Shown here piece after piece: positions 1 through 8,841 of a DNA stretch of 64,000 nucleotides. The stretch covers positions 18,537 to 82,536 of the IMG/VR virus record IMGVR_UViG_3300029305_001221; one strand, given 5' to 3'. Within the stretch, counting starts at the first letter, position 1, and each line of letters starts with the position of its first letter. The notes beneath the pieces are model-generated. The model searched no databases. It was not told the origin of the DNA and saw only the letters and a program-made list of their open reading frames with translations. The DNA is from a virus (taxonomy: Duplodnaviria > Caudoviricetes). The translations under genes were made by a program, and so were the position numbers.

Positions 1-2
1 AC

Positions 3-3000
3 AGCTTTAAAGCTTTTCTATTCATGGGCACTAACAAGCCGGTCCGTATCACGGATGCCAAGTCTGGTCTAATTCGAAGACTGATTGATGTGACTCCGTC
101 CGGTAATAAGTTGAGTCTTAAAGAATATCGAGCTGCTGTTAAACGAGTCGACTTTGAGCTCGGAGCAATTGCGCATCATTGTCAAGAAGTATATTTGAGC
201 GACCCGAACGCGTATGACGATTATATTCCTATGGATATGATGGGAGCCACCAACGACTTCTATAACTATGTTTCTGAAATGTACTTCACATTCAAACAGG
301 AAGATGGTGTTACGCTCAAGTCTGCTTGGGAAGCTTATAAGACGTATTGCGATGATGCGAAAGTACCCTACCCGTTTTCACAAAGAAACTTTAAAGAGGA
401 GCTTAAAAACTATTTCCGGGACTATATGGAGCGCGGCACATTAGACGATGGAACTCGAGTGCGTAGCTACTATAGTGGATTTAAAACTGATAAATTTGAC
501 GGCCAAGATGATGATGTCGATGTAAAACCGGTCGTGAGTAATCGACATTTGATCCAGTTTGAATCTCAACCGTCGGTATTTGACGCAGAATGTGCTAATT
601 ATCCTGCTCAATATGCGAGTTCGAATGAGACTCCGCAGAAGGCGTGGGATAATGTGACTAAGACATTGCGGGATTTGAATACTTCGAAACTGCATTATGT
701 CAAAGTTCCGGAAAATCATATTGTTATCGACTTTGATATCAAAGGACCCGATGGGAGTAAATCCTTTGAGAAGAATGTCGAAGAGGCGAGTAAGTGGCCT
801 CCTACATACGCAGAATTAAGTAAGAGTGGAGCCGGCGTCCATCTTCATTATATTTATAGTGGGGATGTGACAAAACTTAGTCGCATATATGATGAAAATA
901 TCGAGGTTAAAGTTTTCACAGGCAAGAGTTCGCTTCGCAGAAAGTTAACGAAGTGTAATGACCTTGCTATTGCAACTATTAACGCTGGTCTACCGCTAAA
1001 GGGGGAGGATAAGGTGGTTGATTGGACCGGAGTAAAGAGTGAAAAGATTCTGCGGACGATGATCAAGCGGAATCTGAATAAAGAGTATCATGGAGCGACT
1101 ACTCCGAGTATTCATTTCATTAATAAGATCTTGGATGATGCATATAACAGCGGATTGAACTATGACGTTAGCGATATGCGAAATGCTGTGCTGAATTTTG
1201 CTGCTAATAGTACCAATCAGTCTGATGCATGTATCAAGATGGTTAATCAGATGAAGTTTAAGTCGGAAGAGATTGCTGAAATTGCTCCGACTGTTGATGA
1301 GGATGGTAGTGAGCCTCCGATCGTGTTTTACGATGTGGAGGTCATGCCCAACTTATTTATTGTTTGTTGGAAGGTTCGAGGTGAGGACAAGCCGGTTGTT
1401 AAAATGATTAACCCGAAGCCTCATGAGATTGAAGGTTTGTTGAAACATCGGCTAATCGGTTTTAACTGCCGAAAGTACGATAACCATATACTGTATGCAC
1501 GGTTAATGGGTTATACAAACGAACAGCTGTTCGATCTGTCGAATCGGATCATCAATAGCAAGAAGGGTGAAAACCGAGGCTGTTATTTCGGTCCTGCTTA
1601 TAACTTGTCTTATACGGACGTATACGACTTTGCAGCAAAGAAGCAGAGCCTTAAGAAGTGGGAAATCGAACTGTCTATCCATCACCAAGAACTTGGTCTG
1701 CCCTGGGATAAACCGGTTCCCGAAGAATTGTGGGAAAAGGTAGCCGATTATTGTTGCAATGACGTTGTCGCAACCGAAGCAGTATTTGAGCATCTGGCAG
1801 GCGACTGGATTGCTAGACAGATTCTGGCCGAGTTGTCTGGTGGCTCCGTTAACGATACTACCAATACTCTTACTACTAAGATCATTTTCGGCAATGAGCG
1901 AAAGCCCAAGCTGGTCTATACTGACTTGGCTACCGGTGAACAGTTTTATGATGAAGCTAGTCCTTCGGTAAAAACGCCTAACAATTCTTTCCATGGATAT
2001 TCGTTCGAGTATTCTGATAAGGATAAAAAGTACCACAACATGTATCGCGGTACGGATATCGGTTTCGGAGGATACATTATAAGCTATCCCGGAATATATG
2101 GAAATGTCGCGTTGTTAGATATTGCATCGCTGCATCCCAACTCTATCCGAGCGATGAATTGTTTCGGAGAGTATACGAAAAACTTCACGGATATTATCGA
2201 CGCACGAGTGGCTATCAAGCATAAGGATCTCGATGCTGCTCGACATATGCTGGACGGCAGACTCGCTCCTTATCTGGACGATGAATCTAAGGCAAAGGAT
2301 CTGGCACAGGCGCTTAAAATTGCAATCAACTCTGTGTATGGCTTAACGGCTGCCAGCTTCGACAATCCGTTTAGAGATAAGCGGAATAAAAACAATATCG
2401 TTGCCCTACGCGGAGCCTTGTTCATGAGAACGCTTCAGGACGAAATCGAAAGTCGTGGTTTCCAGATCGTAGCTATCAAAACCGACTCTATCAAGATTGC
2501 CGACGCAACGAAAGAGATTATCGAATTCTGCATGGACTTTGCAAAGCAGTATAACTACACGTTTGAGCATGAGGCCACGTATGATCGCATTTGTCAGGTG
2601 AACGATGCCGACTATGTTGCCAGAATTAAAGAGCCGGAATGGTGTATCACTCACTATGGTTATGCTCCTGGTGAGAATGCTAAACATGGTGGAGAGTGGA
2701 CTGTTACCGGCGCTCGATTTGCAGTGCCGTACGTGTTTAAGAAACTGTTTACCCATGAGGATATCGAATTCGGAGATCTTTGCGAGACCAAGGAAGTTAA
2801 AACGGCTTTATATTTGGATATGAACGAGAGCCTTCCCGAAGATGAGCATGACTATCATTTTGTCGGAAAGGTCGGTTTGTTCTGCCCGATTAAGTCTGGA
2901 TGCGGCGGAGGCCTACTGCTTCGAGAAGCTAAGGATGGCGACGGGAATATTAAGTACGATTCTGCTACTGGCGCAAAGGGTTATCGTTGGCTTGAAGCAG

Positions 3001-3284
3001 AGATGGTCAATGAGCTCGGTAAGGAAGCCGATATTGATCGGTCTTACTATGATTCTCTAGTCGATGATGCTATTTATGGTAGCGGAACTGGCAAACAGAG
3101 AAAGCCTGGTATTGCAGATTTCGGAGACTACGAATGGTTCGTTTCCGACGATCATTATATCGGACCTCAGTATGACGCTAACGGCAGACCCGTTTATTAT
3201 CCGTTTGAAGCAAATTACCACGATCAAGTATCTGACGATTCTCCTCCCTGGGATGAGGATGACGGGTCGTTTGATAGAAGATAA
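3..3284 (+). CDS. Multidomain replication protein, 5'-truncated at the window edge: SF3/D5-like helicase C-terminal part + AEP primase + 3'-5' exonuclease + family B DNA polymerase
   Basis: Frame is open upstream of Met at 24 (SFKAFLFMGTNKPVRITDAKSGLIRRLIDV, D5-type helicase motif C region). AEP motifs VIDFD and SKSGAGVHLHY; Exo I FYDVEV; PolB motifs LLDIASLHP, KIAINSVYG, IKTDS. Confidence 0.88.
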   Translation, partial: SFKAFLFMGTNKPVRITDAKSGLIRRLIDVTPSGNKLSLKEYRAAVKRVDFELGAIAHHCQEVYLSDPNAYDDYIPMDMMGATNDFYNYVSEMYFTFKQEDGVTLKSAWEAYKTYCDDAKVPYPFSQRNFKEELKNYFRDYMERGTLDDGTRVRSYYSGFKTDKFDGQDDDVDVKPVVSNRHLIQFESQPSVFDAECANYPAQYASSNETPQKAWDNVTKTLRDLNTSKLHYVKVPENHIVIDFDIKGPDGSKSFEKNVEEASKWPPTYAELSKSGAGVHLHYIYSGDVTKLSRIYDENIEVKVFTGKSSLRRKLTKCNDLAIATINAGLPLKGEDKVVDWTGVKSEKILRTMIKRNLNKEYHGATTPSIHFINKILDDAYNSGLNYDVSDMRNAVLNFAANSTNQSDACIKMVNQMKFKSEEIAEIAPTVDEDGSEPPIVFYDVEVMPNLFIVCWKVRGEDKPVVKMINPKPHEIEGLLKHRLIGFNCRKYDNHILYARLMGYTNEQLFDLSNRIINSKKGENRGCYFGPAYNLSYTDVYDFAAKKQSLKKWEIELSIHHQELGLPWDKPVPEELWEKVADYCCNDVVATEAVFEHLAGDWIARQILAELSGGSVNDTTNTLTTKIIFGNERKPKLVYTDLATGEQFYDEASPSVKTPNNSFHGYSFEYSDKDKKYHNMYRGTDIGFGGYIISYPGIYGNVALLDIASLHPNSIRAMNCFGEYTKNFTDIIDARVAIKHKDLDAARHMLDGRLAPYLDDESKAKDLAQALKIAINSVYGLTAASFDNPFRDKRNKNNIVALRGALFMRTLQDEIESRGFQIVAIKTDSIKIADATKEIIEFCMDFAKQYNYTFEHEATYDRICQVNDADYVARIKEPEWCITHYGYAPGENAKHGGEWTVTGARFAVPYVFKKLFTHEDIEFGDLCETKEVKTALYLDMNESLPEDEHDYHFVGKVGLFCPIKSGCGGGLLLREAKDGDGNIKYDSATGAKGYRWLEAEMVNELGKEADIDRSYYDSLVDDAIYGSGTGKQRKPGIADFGDYEWFVSDDHYIGPQYDANGRPVYYPFEANYHDQVSDDSPPWDEDDGSFDRR

Positions 3285-3312
3285 GTTTTTATATTTCTGA
3301 AAGGAGAAAAAC

Positions 3313-3468
3313 ATGTTTCACACTAAGGTATTGAATGACATCAAGCTGATCCCTGATGTCGAACATCCTGGTCGGACCTACTTCGAGGTTCCCGACGGTT
3401 ATCGTTTCATTTTCGAGAACGGTAAGTATGTAGGTCGCTATGACCCTAATCTGGAAACTGTAATTTGA
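3313..3468 (+). CDS. Small hypothetical protein (51 aa), not in the ORF track
   Basis: GAAAGGAG RBS, then ATG 3313 [15 protein letters not shown]...NLETVI-TGA. Confidence 0.7.
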   Translation: MFHTKVLNDIKLIPDVEHPGRTYFEVPDGYRFIFENGKYVGRYDPNLETVI

Positions 3469-3505
3469 TGAGTTTTATATTTTAACAAAAAAGGAGACTA
3501 CTATC

Positions 3506-3985
3506 ATGGCTTATAGAAGAGTTGACAATCTGATGATCGAGAACGCCCGCATTATGTGGCCTAACTTTGCTGGCGAGGAAAAGCAGTACAATCGTAAGGG
3601 CGATCGTAACTTCTGTGTCGTTATTGACGATCCCGACGAAGCACAGCGTCTGTCTGAAGATGGCTGGAATGTAAAGATCCTGGCTCCTCGCGATGAAGAC
3701 GAGATGCCTCTGCATTATATTCAGGTTACTGTTCGCTTCGACAACTTCCCGCCTAAGGTGTGGATGATTACCGGTCGCAAGAAGAACCTGCTGGATGAGG
3801 ACTCTGTCGGTTGTCTGGACTATGCTGAGATCCAGAATGCCGACGTTATCATTAGCGGTTCTTGCTGGGAGGTTAATGGTAAGACCGGTATTAAGGCTTA
3901 TCTGAAGACTGCTTACGTTGTCATCGAGCAGGACGATTTCGCTAGCAAGTATAACTGGGAAGAAGACGAGATCTCTGCGTTTTGA
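3506..3985 (+). CDS. Putative single-stranded DNA-binding protein (gp2.5-like phage SSB)
   Basis: Follows the polymerase; [11 protein letters not shown]...RNFCVVID pattern; acidic/aromatic C-terminus WEEDEISAF. Confidence 0.65.
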   Translation: MAYRRVDNLMIENARIMWPNFAGEEKQYNRKGDRNFCVVIDDPDEAQRLSEDGWNVKILAPRDEDEMPLHYIQVTVRFDNFPPKVWMITGRKKNLLDEDSVGCLDYAEIQNADVIISGSCWEVNGKTGIKAYLKTAYVVIEQDDFASKYNWEEDEISAF

Positions 3986-4050
3986 TGAGCTCCACGGCAT
4001 GCTCGAGACGTTAGAACATTGCTATTCCGGTCTACTTTCTGAGGATTAGA

Positions 4051-4075
4051 CGCGAGATAAACAGTCCCTTTTATG
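4051..4075 (+). promoter_or_regulatory. Conserved phage promoter-like motif, copy 1
   Basis: CGCGAGATAA ACAGTCCCTT TTATG, followed by AAGGGAG and an ORF. Confidence 0.75.
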
Positions 4076-4092
4076 AAGGGAGATGTCGGAAG

Positions 4093-4179
4093 ATGGCTAA
4101 CGAAAACGTTGTAAGAGAACTAGGAAGTATTGCGGTGATTATCGCATACTTCATATTCATCTACAAGATTCTTAAGTGA
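4093..4179 (+). CDS. 28-aa hydrophobic peptide MANENVVRELGSIAVIIAYFIFIYKILK
   Basis: Lies between motif copy 1/RBS and a terminator; one predicted TM helix. Confidence 0.65.
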   Translation: MANENVVRELGSIAVIIAYFIFIYKILK

Positions 4180-4200
4180 ATCTGATGACTTTAACTTATA

Positions 4201-4238
4201 AGGGGAGATCTGGTAAATAACTGGGTCTCCTCTTTATT
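4201..4238 (+). terminator. Intrinsic terminator
   Basis: AGGGGAGATCTGG...CTGGGTCTCCTCT stem followed by TTATT. Confidence 0.6.
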
Positions 4239-4240
4239 CT

Positions 4241-4317
4241 GGGCCTTTAGCTCAGCTGGTCAGAGCCCCCGGCTCATAACCGGGTAGTCCAGGGTTCGAA
4301 CCCCTGAAGGCCCACCA
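4241..4317 (+). tRNA. tRNA with CAT anticodon, most likely tRNA-Ile2 (elongator Met is the alternative)
   Basis: Cloverleaf GGGCCTTTAGCTCAG...CCCGG CT CAT AA CCGGG...GTTCGAA...GGCCC ACCA. G1-C72 excludes initiator tRNA; acceptor stem resembles the Bacillota Ile2 type; CCA encoded. Confidence 0.9.
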
Positions 4318-4420
4318 TTGCTAGGTTTTCTGGAGAGATAAAAAACGGGAATGTAACAAATCCAGTAAAATACAAAACGTTTCCTAGCTCAAAAATTATA
4401 CCCACAGGGAGTGGATCAGC

Positions 4421-5452
4421 ATGAACGAACAAGTAGAAAGAGAAATTAATATGTATGACGGTAAAGTCTTTGGTAAAGAGGTATCTAAATACGGTCTTGA
4501 GAATGGATATTTGGATTACCTTACGCTTTCTAAGATTGTTGGTGATTGCATTTTAAACAACAATATTGTCGAATTTGTAGGTTATGAGAATTGGGAACTC
4601 GTAAACGGAGATTATGAGAATGATAGTTATTTTGAAATCTTTCAGTATTTCATTATCTCATATGACGGTTACTCAATTCTTGAAACATTCACAGACGAGC
4701 TAGTGTATTATCACGAGGGACTCGACATGTTTGTATGGGGCATTACTCATTTCGGTACAGGCTGGGATTACGTACTTACCGATATCAAACTCAAGGAAAT
4801 AAAGTAAGATGGCTAGACGACTAATTATTAGAACTCAATGTCCTATTTGTGGAAAGCAAGTTGAAGCTGTTCCAGACGGAGTTCTAAAACAGAATCCTGG
4901 TACGAGTAATGCTGAAATGGTGGTAACAAGAACTGGTTATAAGCAATATATTCACAGTTCTTGCTGGTATGGAATGATCGCGGAACAAAAACAGAAACGA
5001 CCGACTCGTAAACTAAAGGAGGCCGAGTGATATGGATAAGTATGAACGCTGGTATCACAGACGTTTGCATAATTATTTCATGGAACATTATGAAGAAGCT
5101 GAAAATGCTGACGAAATAGAGTGGTTCAATGATCCGGCTCCTAATCAATGGTTATTCGATATTCCAAAATCAAATGTCCGAGTGGAGCTCAGTTGTGATA
5201 AAAAGGGCGTCGTTACTGAGGTAACATATCAATTAAAAGGGGATAGTTAAAATGGGTATAAAACATTGGTACAACATAGAACTGACACGAGAAGGTGCAG
5301 AGATATTAAAACGATATTTGGCTAGTCACTCAATCGATTATGAACCGAGTGAATGTGACAATCTTATACACATCGAATGTCTGATCGATGAATATGAGGC
5401 TGAGAATATCGAGGATTACTTATCTGCGAACTGGGCTCTATTTACTAGTTAA
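4421..5452 (+). other. Four small hypothetical CDSs: 4421-4807, 4809-5030 (CPIC zinc knuckle), 5032-5250, 5252-5452
   Basis: Tightly packed + strand ORFs with RBSs. Confidence 0.75.
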
Positions 5453-5467
5453 ACACAAGATGTATTC

Positions 5468-5552
5468 GTAGGAGTGGCGGAATTGGAAGACGTGACAGAT
5501 TTAGGTTCTGTTGCTTTATGGCGTGTGGGTTCAAGTCCCATCTCCTACACCA
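5468..5552 (+). tRNA. tRNA-Leu(TAG)
   Basis: GTAGGAG/CTCCTAC acceptor stem, ACAGA TT TAG GT TCTGT anticodon arm, long variable arm, GTTCAAG, ACCA. Confidence 0.92.
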
Positions 5553-5640
5553 GAGTTCTAAGAGGATGGGTGTCACCGCTCTTTGTCAGAGTTGGTGGCA
5601 TCTGTCCGTTTTAATCTCTATCATAAAGGAGGCAATTTTG

Positions 5641-6003
5641 ATGGACGACATTAACATTTACGAATGTAAGGACGGACGGCTTAGAGTGTATATAAAAGCC
5701 GAAAAGAGAGTTATGTCATATCCAAAGTATTTAATGGAGAAAGCTATCGGACGAAAATTAATGGAGAACGAGCAGACACATCATCTTGATAAAGATCCAC
5801 TAAATAACGATCCTAGTAATCTGGAGCTCACAGTACGCGGAGAACATCAAAGATTACATAACCCTCGTAAGTATTTTGATAAGCTAGTCTGCTGCGAATG
5901 GTGTGGGAAAGAATTCGTCTGGACAGCTCAGCAACAGTCGAATCATTACGGAAATCATACCAAAAACTCAGGACGTGAAGCCACTCTCGGAAAGCCATTT
6001 TGA
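5641..6003 (+). CDS. HNH (homing-type) endonuclease; C-terminal zinc finger cut by an in-frame TGA
   Basis: HHLDKDPLNNDPSNLELTVRGEHQRLH HNH motif. CEWC...KPF-TGA-SKSCSGK continues in frame to TAG 6067-6069. Confidence 0.75.
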   Translation: MDDINIYECKDGRLRVYIKAEKRVMSYPKYLMEKAIGRKLMENEQTHHLDKDPLNNDPSNLELTVRGEHQRLHNPRKYFDKLVCCEWCGKEFVWTAQQQSNHYGNHTKNSGREATLGKPF

Positions 6004-6051
6004 TCAAAATCATGTTCTGGAAAATTCGGCAAACATATTCAGCAAATAAAC

Positions 6052-6137
6052 GCGGGATTGGCGAAATAGGCAGTACGCTACGGTCTTAAAAACCGTTGGA
6101 GATATCCGTGAGGGTTCGAATCCCTCATCCCGCACCA
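6052..6137 (+). tRNA. tRNA-Leu(TAA)
   Basis: GCGGGAT/ATCCCGC acceptor stem, ACGGT CT TAA AA ACCGT anticodon arm, variable arm GGAGATATCC, GTTCGAA, ACCA. Confidence 0.92.
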
Positions 6138-6168
6138 AATTTATATCTCAAGAAAGGAGGAGGTGTGA

Positions 6169-7452
6169 ATGAGAAAAGAAAAACCGCCCTTCCTCTATCC
6201 ATACCAAATGGACGCTGTGAAGAGAATGCGAAATGGCTGTATCTTATGCGGAGGCGTCGGGAGTGGCAAGAGCAGAACTGGTTTATATTACTATTTCAAA
6301 GAACAAGGCGGTAGTATAGATCCAGATTATATTCCTATGAAAAAACCAAAAGATCTATACATTATAACGACTGCCCGTAAGAGAGATACTTTGGAGTGGG
6401 AAGGCGAACTTGCTAATTTCATAATCTCAAAAAATCCGGAGGCAAGTTATTACAAAAACAAAGTAGTTGTCGACTCGTGGAATAACATTGGTAAGTACGT
6501 GGATGTGAAAGGCGCATTCTTCATTCTAGACGAGCAGAGGCTAGTCGGAAGCGGTGCCTGGGTCAAAGCGTTCTATAAAATCGCTGCGAAAAACGATTGG
6601 ATTCTACTATCCGCTACTCCAGGAGATACATGGCAAGACTACAGACCGGTATTTATCGCAAACGGTTTCTATAAAAACAAAACCCATTTTAATAGGGATC
6701 ATATTGTGTGGGACCATCGAGTTAAGAAATATCCGAAAATCGATAGGTATATAAACGAAGGTCGACTGATTAGACTGCGTAATCGTATTCTAGTTGATAT
6801 GGATTTTAATCGACCGACTACTTCTCACCATGAAGACGTATATGTGCATTATGATATTCAGCTATACAAGGATACGACCCGAAATCGAGTCAACCCATTC
6901 GAGATGGAAGTCTGGGATGACGGATCTGAACATAATCCTCCCATTAAAAGTGCTAGCGAGTTGTGTTATATTTGGCGCAAAATTGTTAATTCTGCTGAAT
7001 CTCGTCAAGTTGCATTATGTGAGCTATTTGAGAAGCATCCGAAGATGATCGTGTTTTACAATTTTGACTATGAACTTGATATTTTAAAGAGTATCTATTT
7101 CGGCGAAGATGTCGAGGTAGCAGAATGGAATGGACATAAGCATCAACCGGTCCCAACAAGCGATAGGTGGGTATATTTATGCCAATATACGAGTTCTTGT
7201 GAGGGTTGGAATTGCATAACGACCGATACCGTCGTCTTCTATTCTCAGAATTACTCTTATAAAGTTATGGAGCAAGCCTCTGGTCGAATTGATAGATTGA
7301 ATACTCCTTTCCGAGACCTATATTATTATCACCTCAAAACGCGGGCTGGTATTGATTTGGCCATTAGTAAAGCTCTGAAAGAGAAGAAGAATTTCAACGA
7401 GGGTCGTTATGTGCAGCGAATGTCTAAAGGTTATGAGAGAAGAGCCGCATAA
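6169..7452 (+). CDS. Superfamily 2 DNA helicase
   Basis: Motif I GGVGSGKS, II ILDEQR, III SATP, VI QASGRIDR. Confidence 0.88.
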   Translation: MRKEKPPFLYPYQMDAVKRMRNGCILCGGVGSGKSRTGLYYYFKEQGGSIDPDYIPMKKPKDLYIITTARKRDTLEWEGELANFIISKNPEASYYKNKVVVDSWNNIGKYVDVKGAFFILDEQRLVGSGAWVKAFYKIAAKNDWILLSATPGDTWQDYRPVFIANGFYKNKTHFNRDHIVWDHRVKKYPKIDRYINEGRLIRLRNRILVDMDFNRPTTSHHEDVYVHYDIQLYKDTTRNRVNPFEMEVWDDGSEHNPPIKSASELCYIWRKIVNSAESRQVALCELFEKHPKMIVFYNFDYELDILKSIYFGEDVEVAEWNGHKHQPVPTSDRWVYLCQYTSSCEGWNCITTDTVVFYSQNYSYKVMEQASGRIDRLNTPFRDLYYYHLKTRAGIDLAISKALKEKKNFNEGRYVQRMSKGYERRAA

Positions 7453-7470
7453 TTAACAGCTCCTATTATA
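7446..7470 (+). promoter_or_regulatory. Conserved promoter-like motif, copy 2 (overlaps helicase stop)
   Basis: CGCATAATTA ACAGCTCCTA TTATA, then GAAAGGAG. Confidence 0.65.
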
Positions 7471-7488
7471 GAAAGGAGTTGATTTCTC

Positions 7489-7758
7489 ATGAAAGAGAAA
7501 CGAAATTTCAAACAAGAGTTTAAAGACTGGTGGAACGAAAACAAGAAAGTCATTAAGACTGGAGGTCTGTGTCTACTCATCGGGGCTTTTTACGGCTTTG
7601 TCAAAGGAGTTAGCAGTGGTACTGAACTTACTGGAAGACTGATTGACAGAATCCCGTATCAAAACAACGATAAGGACGAAGACTTCGTGTATGACGAAAC
7701 AAATGTCGATGATCCAGAACTGCTCGAGTTGATTCGTCTCGAGAATGAGGAGAAGTAA
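7489..7758 (+). CDS. Small protein with a hydrophobic helix (cassette gene)
   Basis: RBS after motif 2; KTGGLCLLIGAFYGFVKG; acidic tail. Confidence 0.75.
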   Translation: MKEKRNFKQEFKDWWNENKKVIKTGGLCLLIGAFYGFVKGVSSGTELTGRLIDRIPYQNNDKDEDFVYDETNVDDPELLELIRLENEEK

Positions 7759-7767
7759 CAAATTTTC

Positions 7768-7794
7768 GAAGAGATCGCATGGTCTCTTCTTTTT
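7768..7794 (+). terminator. Intrinsic terminator; 22-bp core repeated exactly at 8104-8125
   Basis: GAAGAGATCGCATGGTCTCTTC followed by TTTTT. Confidence 0.75.
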
Positions 7795-7808
7795 ATGAAA
7801 TTCGCTTT

Positions 7809-7833
7809 CGCGAAGTTTTCAGACTCCTTTATA
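7809..7833 (+). promoter_or_regulatory. Conserved promoter-like motif, copy 3
   Basis: CGCGAAGTTT TCAGACTCCT TTATA, then GAAGGGAG. Confidence 0.75.
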
Positions 7834-7851
7834 GAAGGGAGTTGAACAACT

Positions 7852-8094
7852 ATGGATAAAAACGATAGACGAGGAAGATGTTCGCGGTGTGAATATTGCG
7901 TAATACTGTATATGCAAGACGACCCCTGGAAGCGGGTGATGGCAAAATGTATGTGTGGTCACGTTAGAGGCGTGATGATACATCAACGTTGCTCTCACCT
8001 TGATACAGTAACGGTCGAGGCAGCTAGAACTGAGGTACGCGATTTGTGCGAGCGTTTGCTTTCGCCTAAATGGTGTCCATTGGACAAAAACTAA
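7852..8094 (+). CDS. Small Cys-rich protein (cassette gene)
   Basis: CSRCEYC...CMC...C...C...CP; sits between motif 3 and a terminator. Confidence 0.72.
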   Translation: MDKNDRRGRCSRCEYCVILYMQDDPWKRVMAKCMCGHVRGVMIHQRCSHLDTVTVEAARTEVRDLCERLLSPKWCPLDKN

Positions 8095-8103
8095 CAAAGG
8101 CAA

Positions 8104-8125
8104 GAAGAGATCGCATGGTCTCTTC
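8104..8125 (+). terminator. Terminator hairpin identical to 7768-7789
   Basis: GAAGAGATCGCATGGTCTCTTC; U-tract weak. Confidence 0.6.
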
Positions 8126-8130
8126 ACTTT

Positions 8131-8155
8131 CGCGAAGTTTTCACGTTGTATTATG
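8131..8155 (+). promoter_or_regulatory. Conserved promoter-like motif, copy 4
   Basis: CGCGAAGTTT TCACGTTGTA TTATG, then AAGGGAGG. Confidence 0.75.
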
Positions 8156-8171
8156 AAGGGAGGTCTAGAAT

Positions 8172-8366
8172 ATGACTCGTAAACAAATCGACAGCATGAG
8201 AGAAGCGAGACTTTGGTTGGGACAGATTTTCGTTCCGGTGGCGTTAGGCACCATGACGATTATGTCTAATCCTGAACTGAAGGAAAAAGTTAAGAAAAAG
8301 GCGTCGACTGTTAAGAACGTATTGACAGGCCGATACAAAATTAAAGTTGTAAAAGACGAAGAATAA
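8172..8366 (+). CDS. 64-aa protein with hydrophobic helix and basic tail (cassette gene)
   Basis: RBS; LWLGQIFVPVALGTMTIM. Confidence 0.72.
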   Translation: MTRKQIDSMREARLWLGQIFVPVALGTMTIMSNPELKEKVKKKASTVKNVLTGRYKIKVVKDEE

Positions 8367-8374
8367 AAAGATTG

Positions 8375-8414
8375 AGGGGGATCTGGCGTAATAACCAGGT
8401 CTCCTAGTCTTTTG
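8375..8414 (+). terminator. Intrinsic terminator related in sequence to the one at 4201
   Basis: AGGGGGATCTGG CGTAATAA CCAGGTCTCCT, then AGTCTTTT. Confidence 0.6.
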
Positions 8415-8431
8415 GTCTCTAACTTCACTTT

Positions 8432-8456
8432 CGCGAAATTTGCAAAACGTATTATG
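8432..8456 (+). promoter_or_regulatory. Conserved promoter-like motif, copy 5 (followed directly by a terminator-like hairpin)
   Basis: CGCGAAATTT GCAAAACGTA TTATG, then AGAGGGA...TCCCTCT TTTC. Confidence 0.72.
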
Positions 8457-8527
8457 AGAGGGAAACCACCGCGTATCCCTCTTTTCTATTTCGAGGAACA
8501 ACATTTATATTTTAGGAGGAACTATAT

Positions 8528-8824
8528 ATGACTCATTCGGTCTACTATGAAGAAGCCTTCACGCAGGCTACAGCAAGACGCCACGCAATCTGGAAACTGG
8601 TTAATGAGAACGAGCAACTCAGGACTGAGTTTCAGCAAACGTACCCATTTGTTTTCGACCGGGATAAGTTCACTCAGAATATCGAGAAATTTATTTCGGA
8701 TAAAGGAATCACTATTATCGAAGAAACCCCGATCGTAGAGGTCACGAAAGAAGGAAACTATCGAGTCGATGTTTTATTCACAATTGATATTCCAGATGAG
8801 AATGACGATACGATGACGGTTTAA
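8528..8824 (+). CDS. Hypothetical protein
   Basis: TAGGAGG RBS. Confidence 0.7.
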   Translation: MTHSVYYEEAFTQATARRHAIWKLVNENEQLRTEFQQTYPFVFDRDKFTQNIEKFISDKGITIIEETPIVEVTKEGNYRVDVLFTIDIPDENDDTMTV

Positions 8825-8841
8825 AAAGAAAGGAGTTAAAA

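Noticed and set aside
4320-4389. Possible extra RNA after tRNA-Ile2 (GCTAGG...CCTAGC closing stem)
   Set aside because: Only short stems; no T-loop or anticodon arm, so insufficient support.
6001-6003. Genome-wide stop-codon reassignment or selenocysteine
   Set aside because: Other genes are intact under the standard code, TGA ends many normal genes, and no suppressor tRNA or SECIS is evident.
7807-7814. TTCGCGAA as a Spo0A 0A box
   Set aside because: It mismatches TGNCGAA and is better explained as part of the 25-bp motif.
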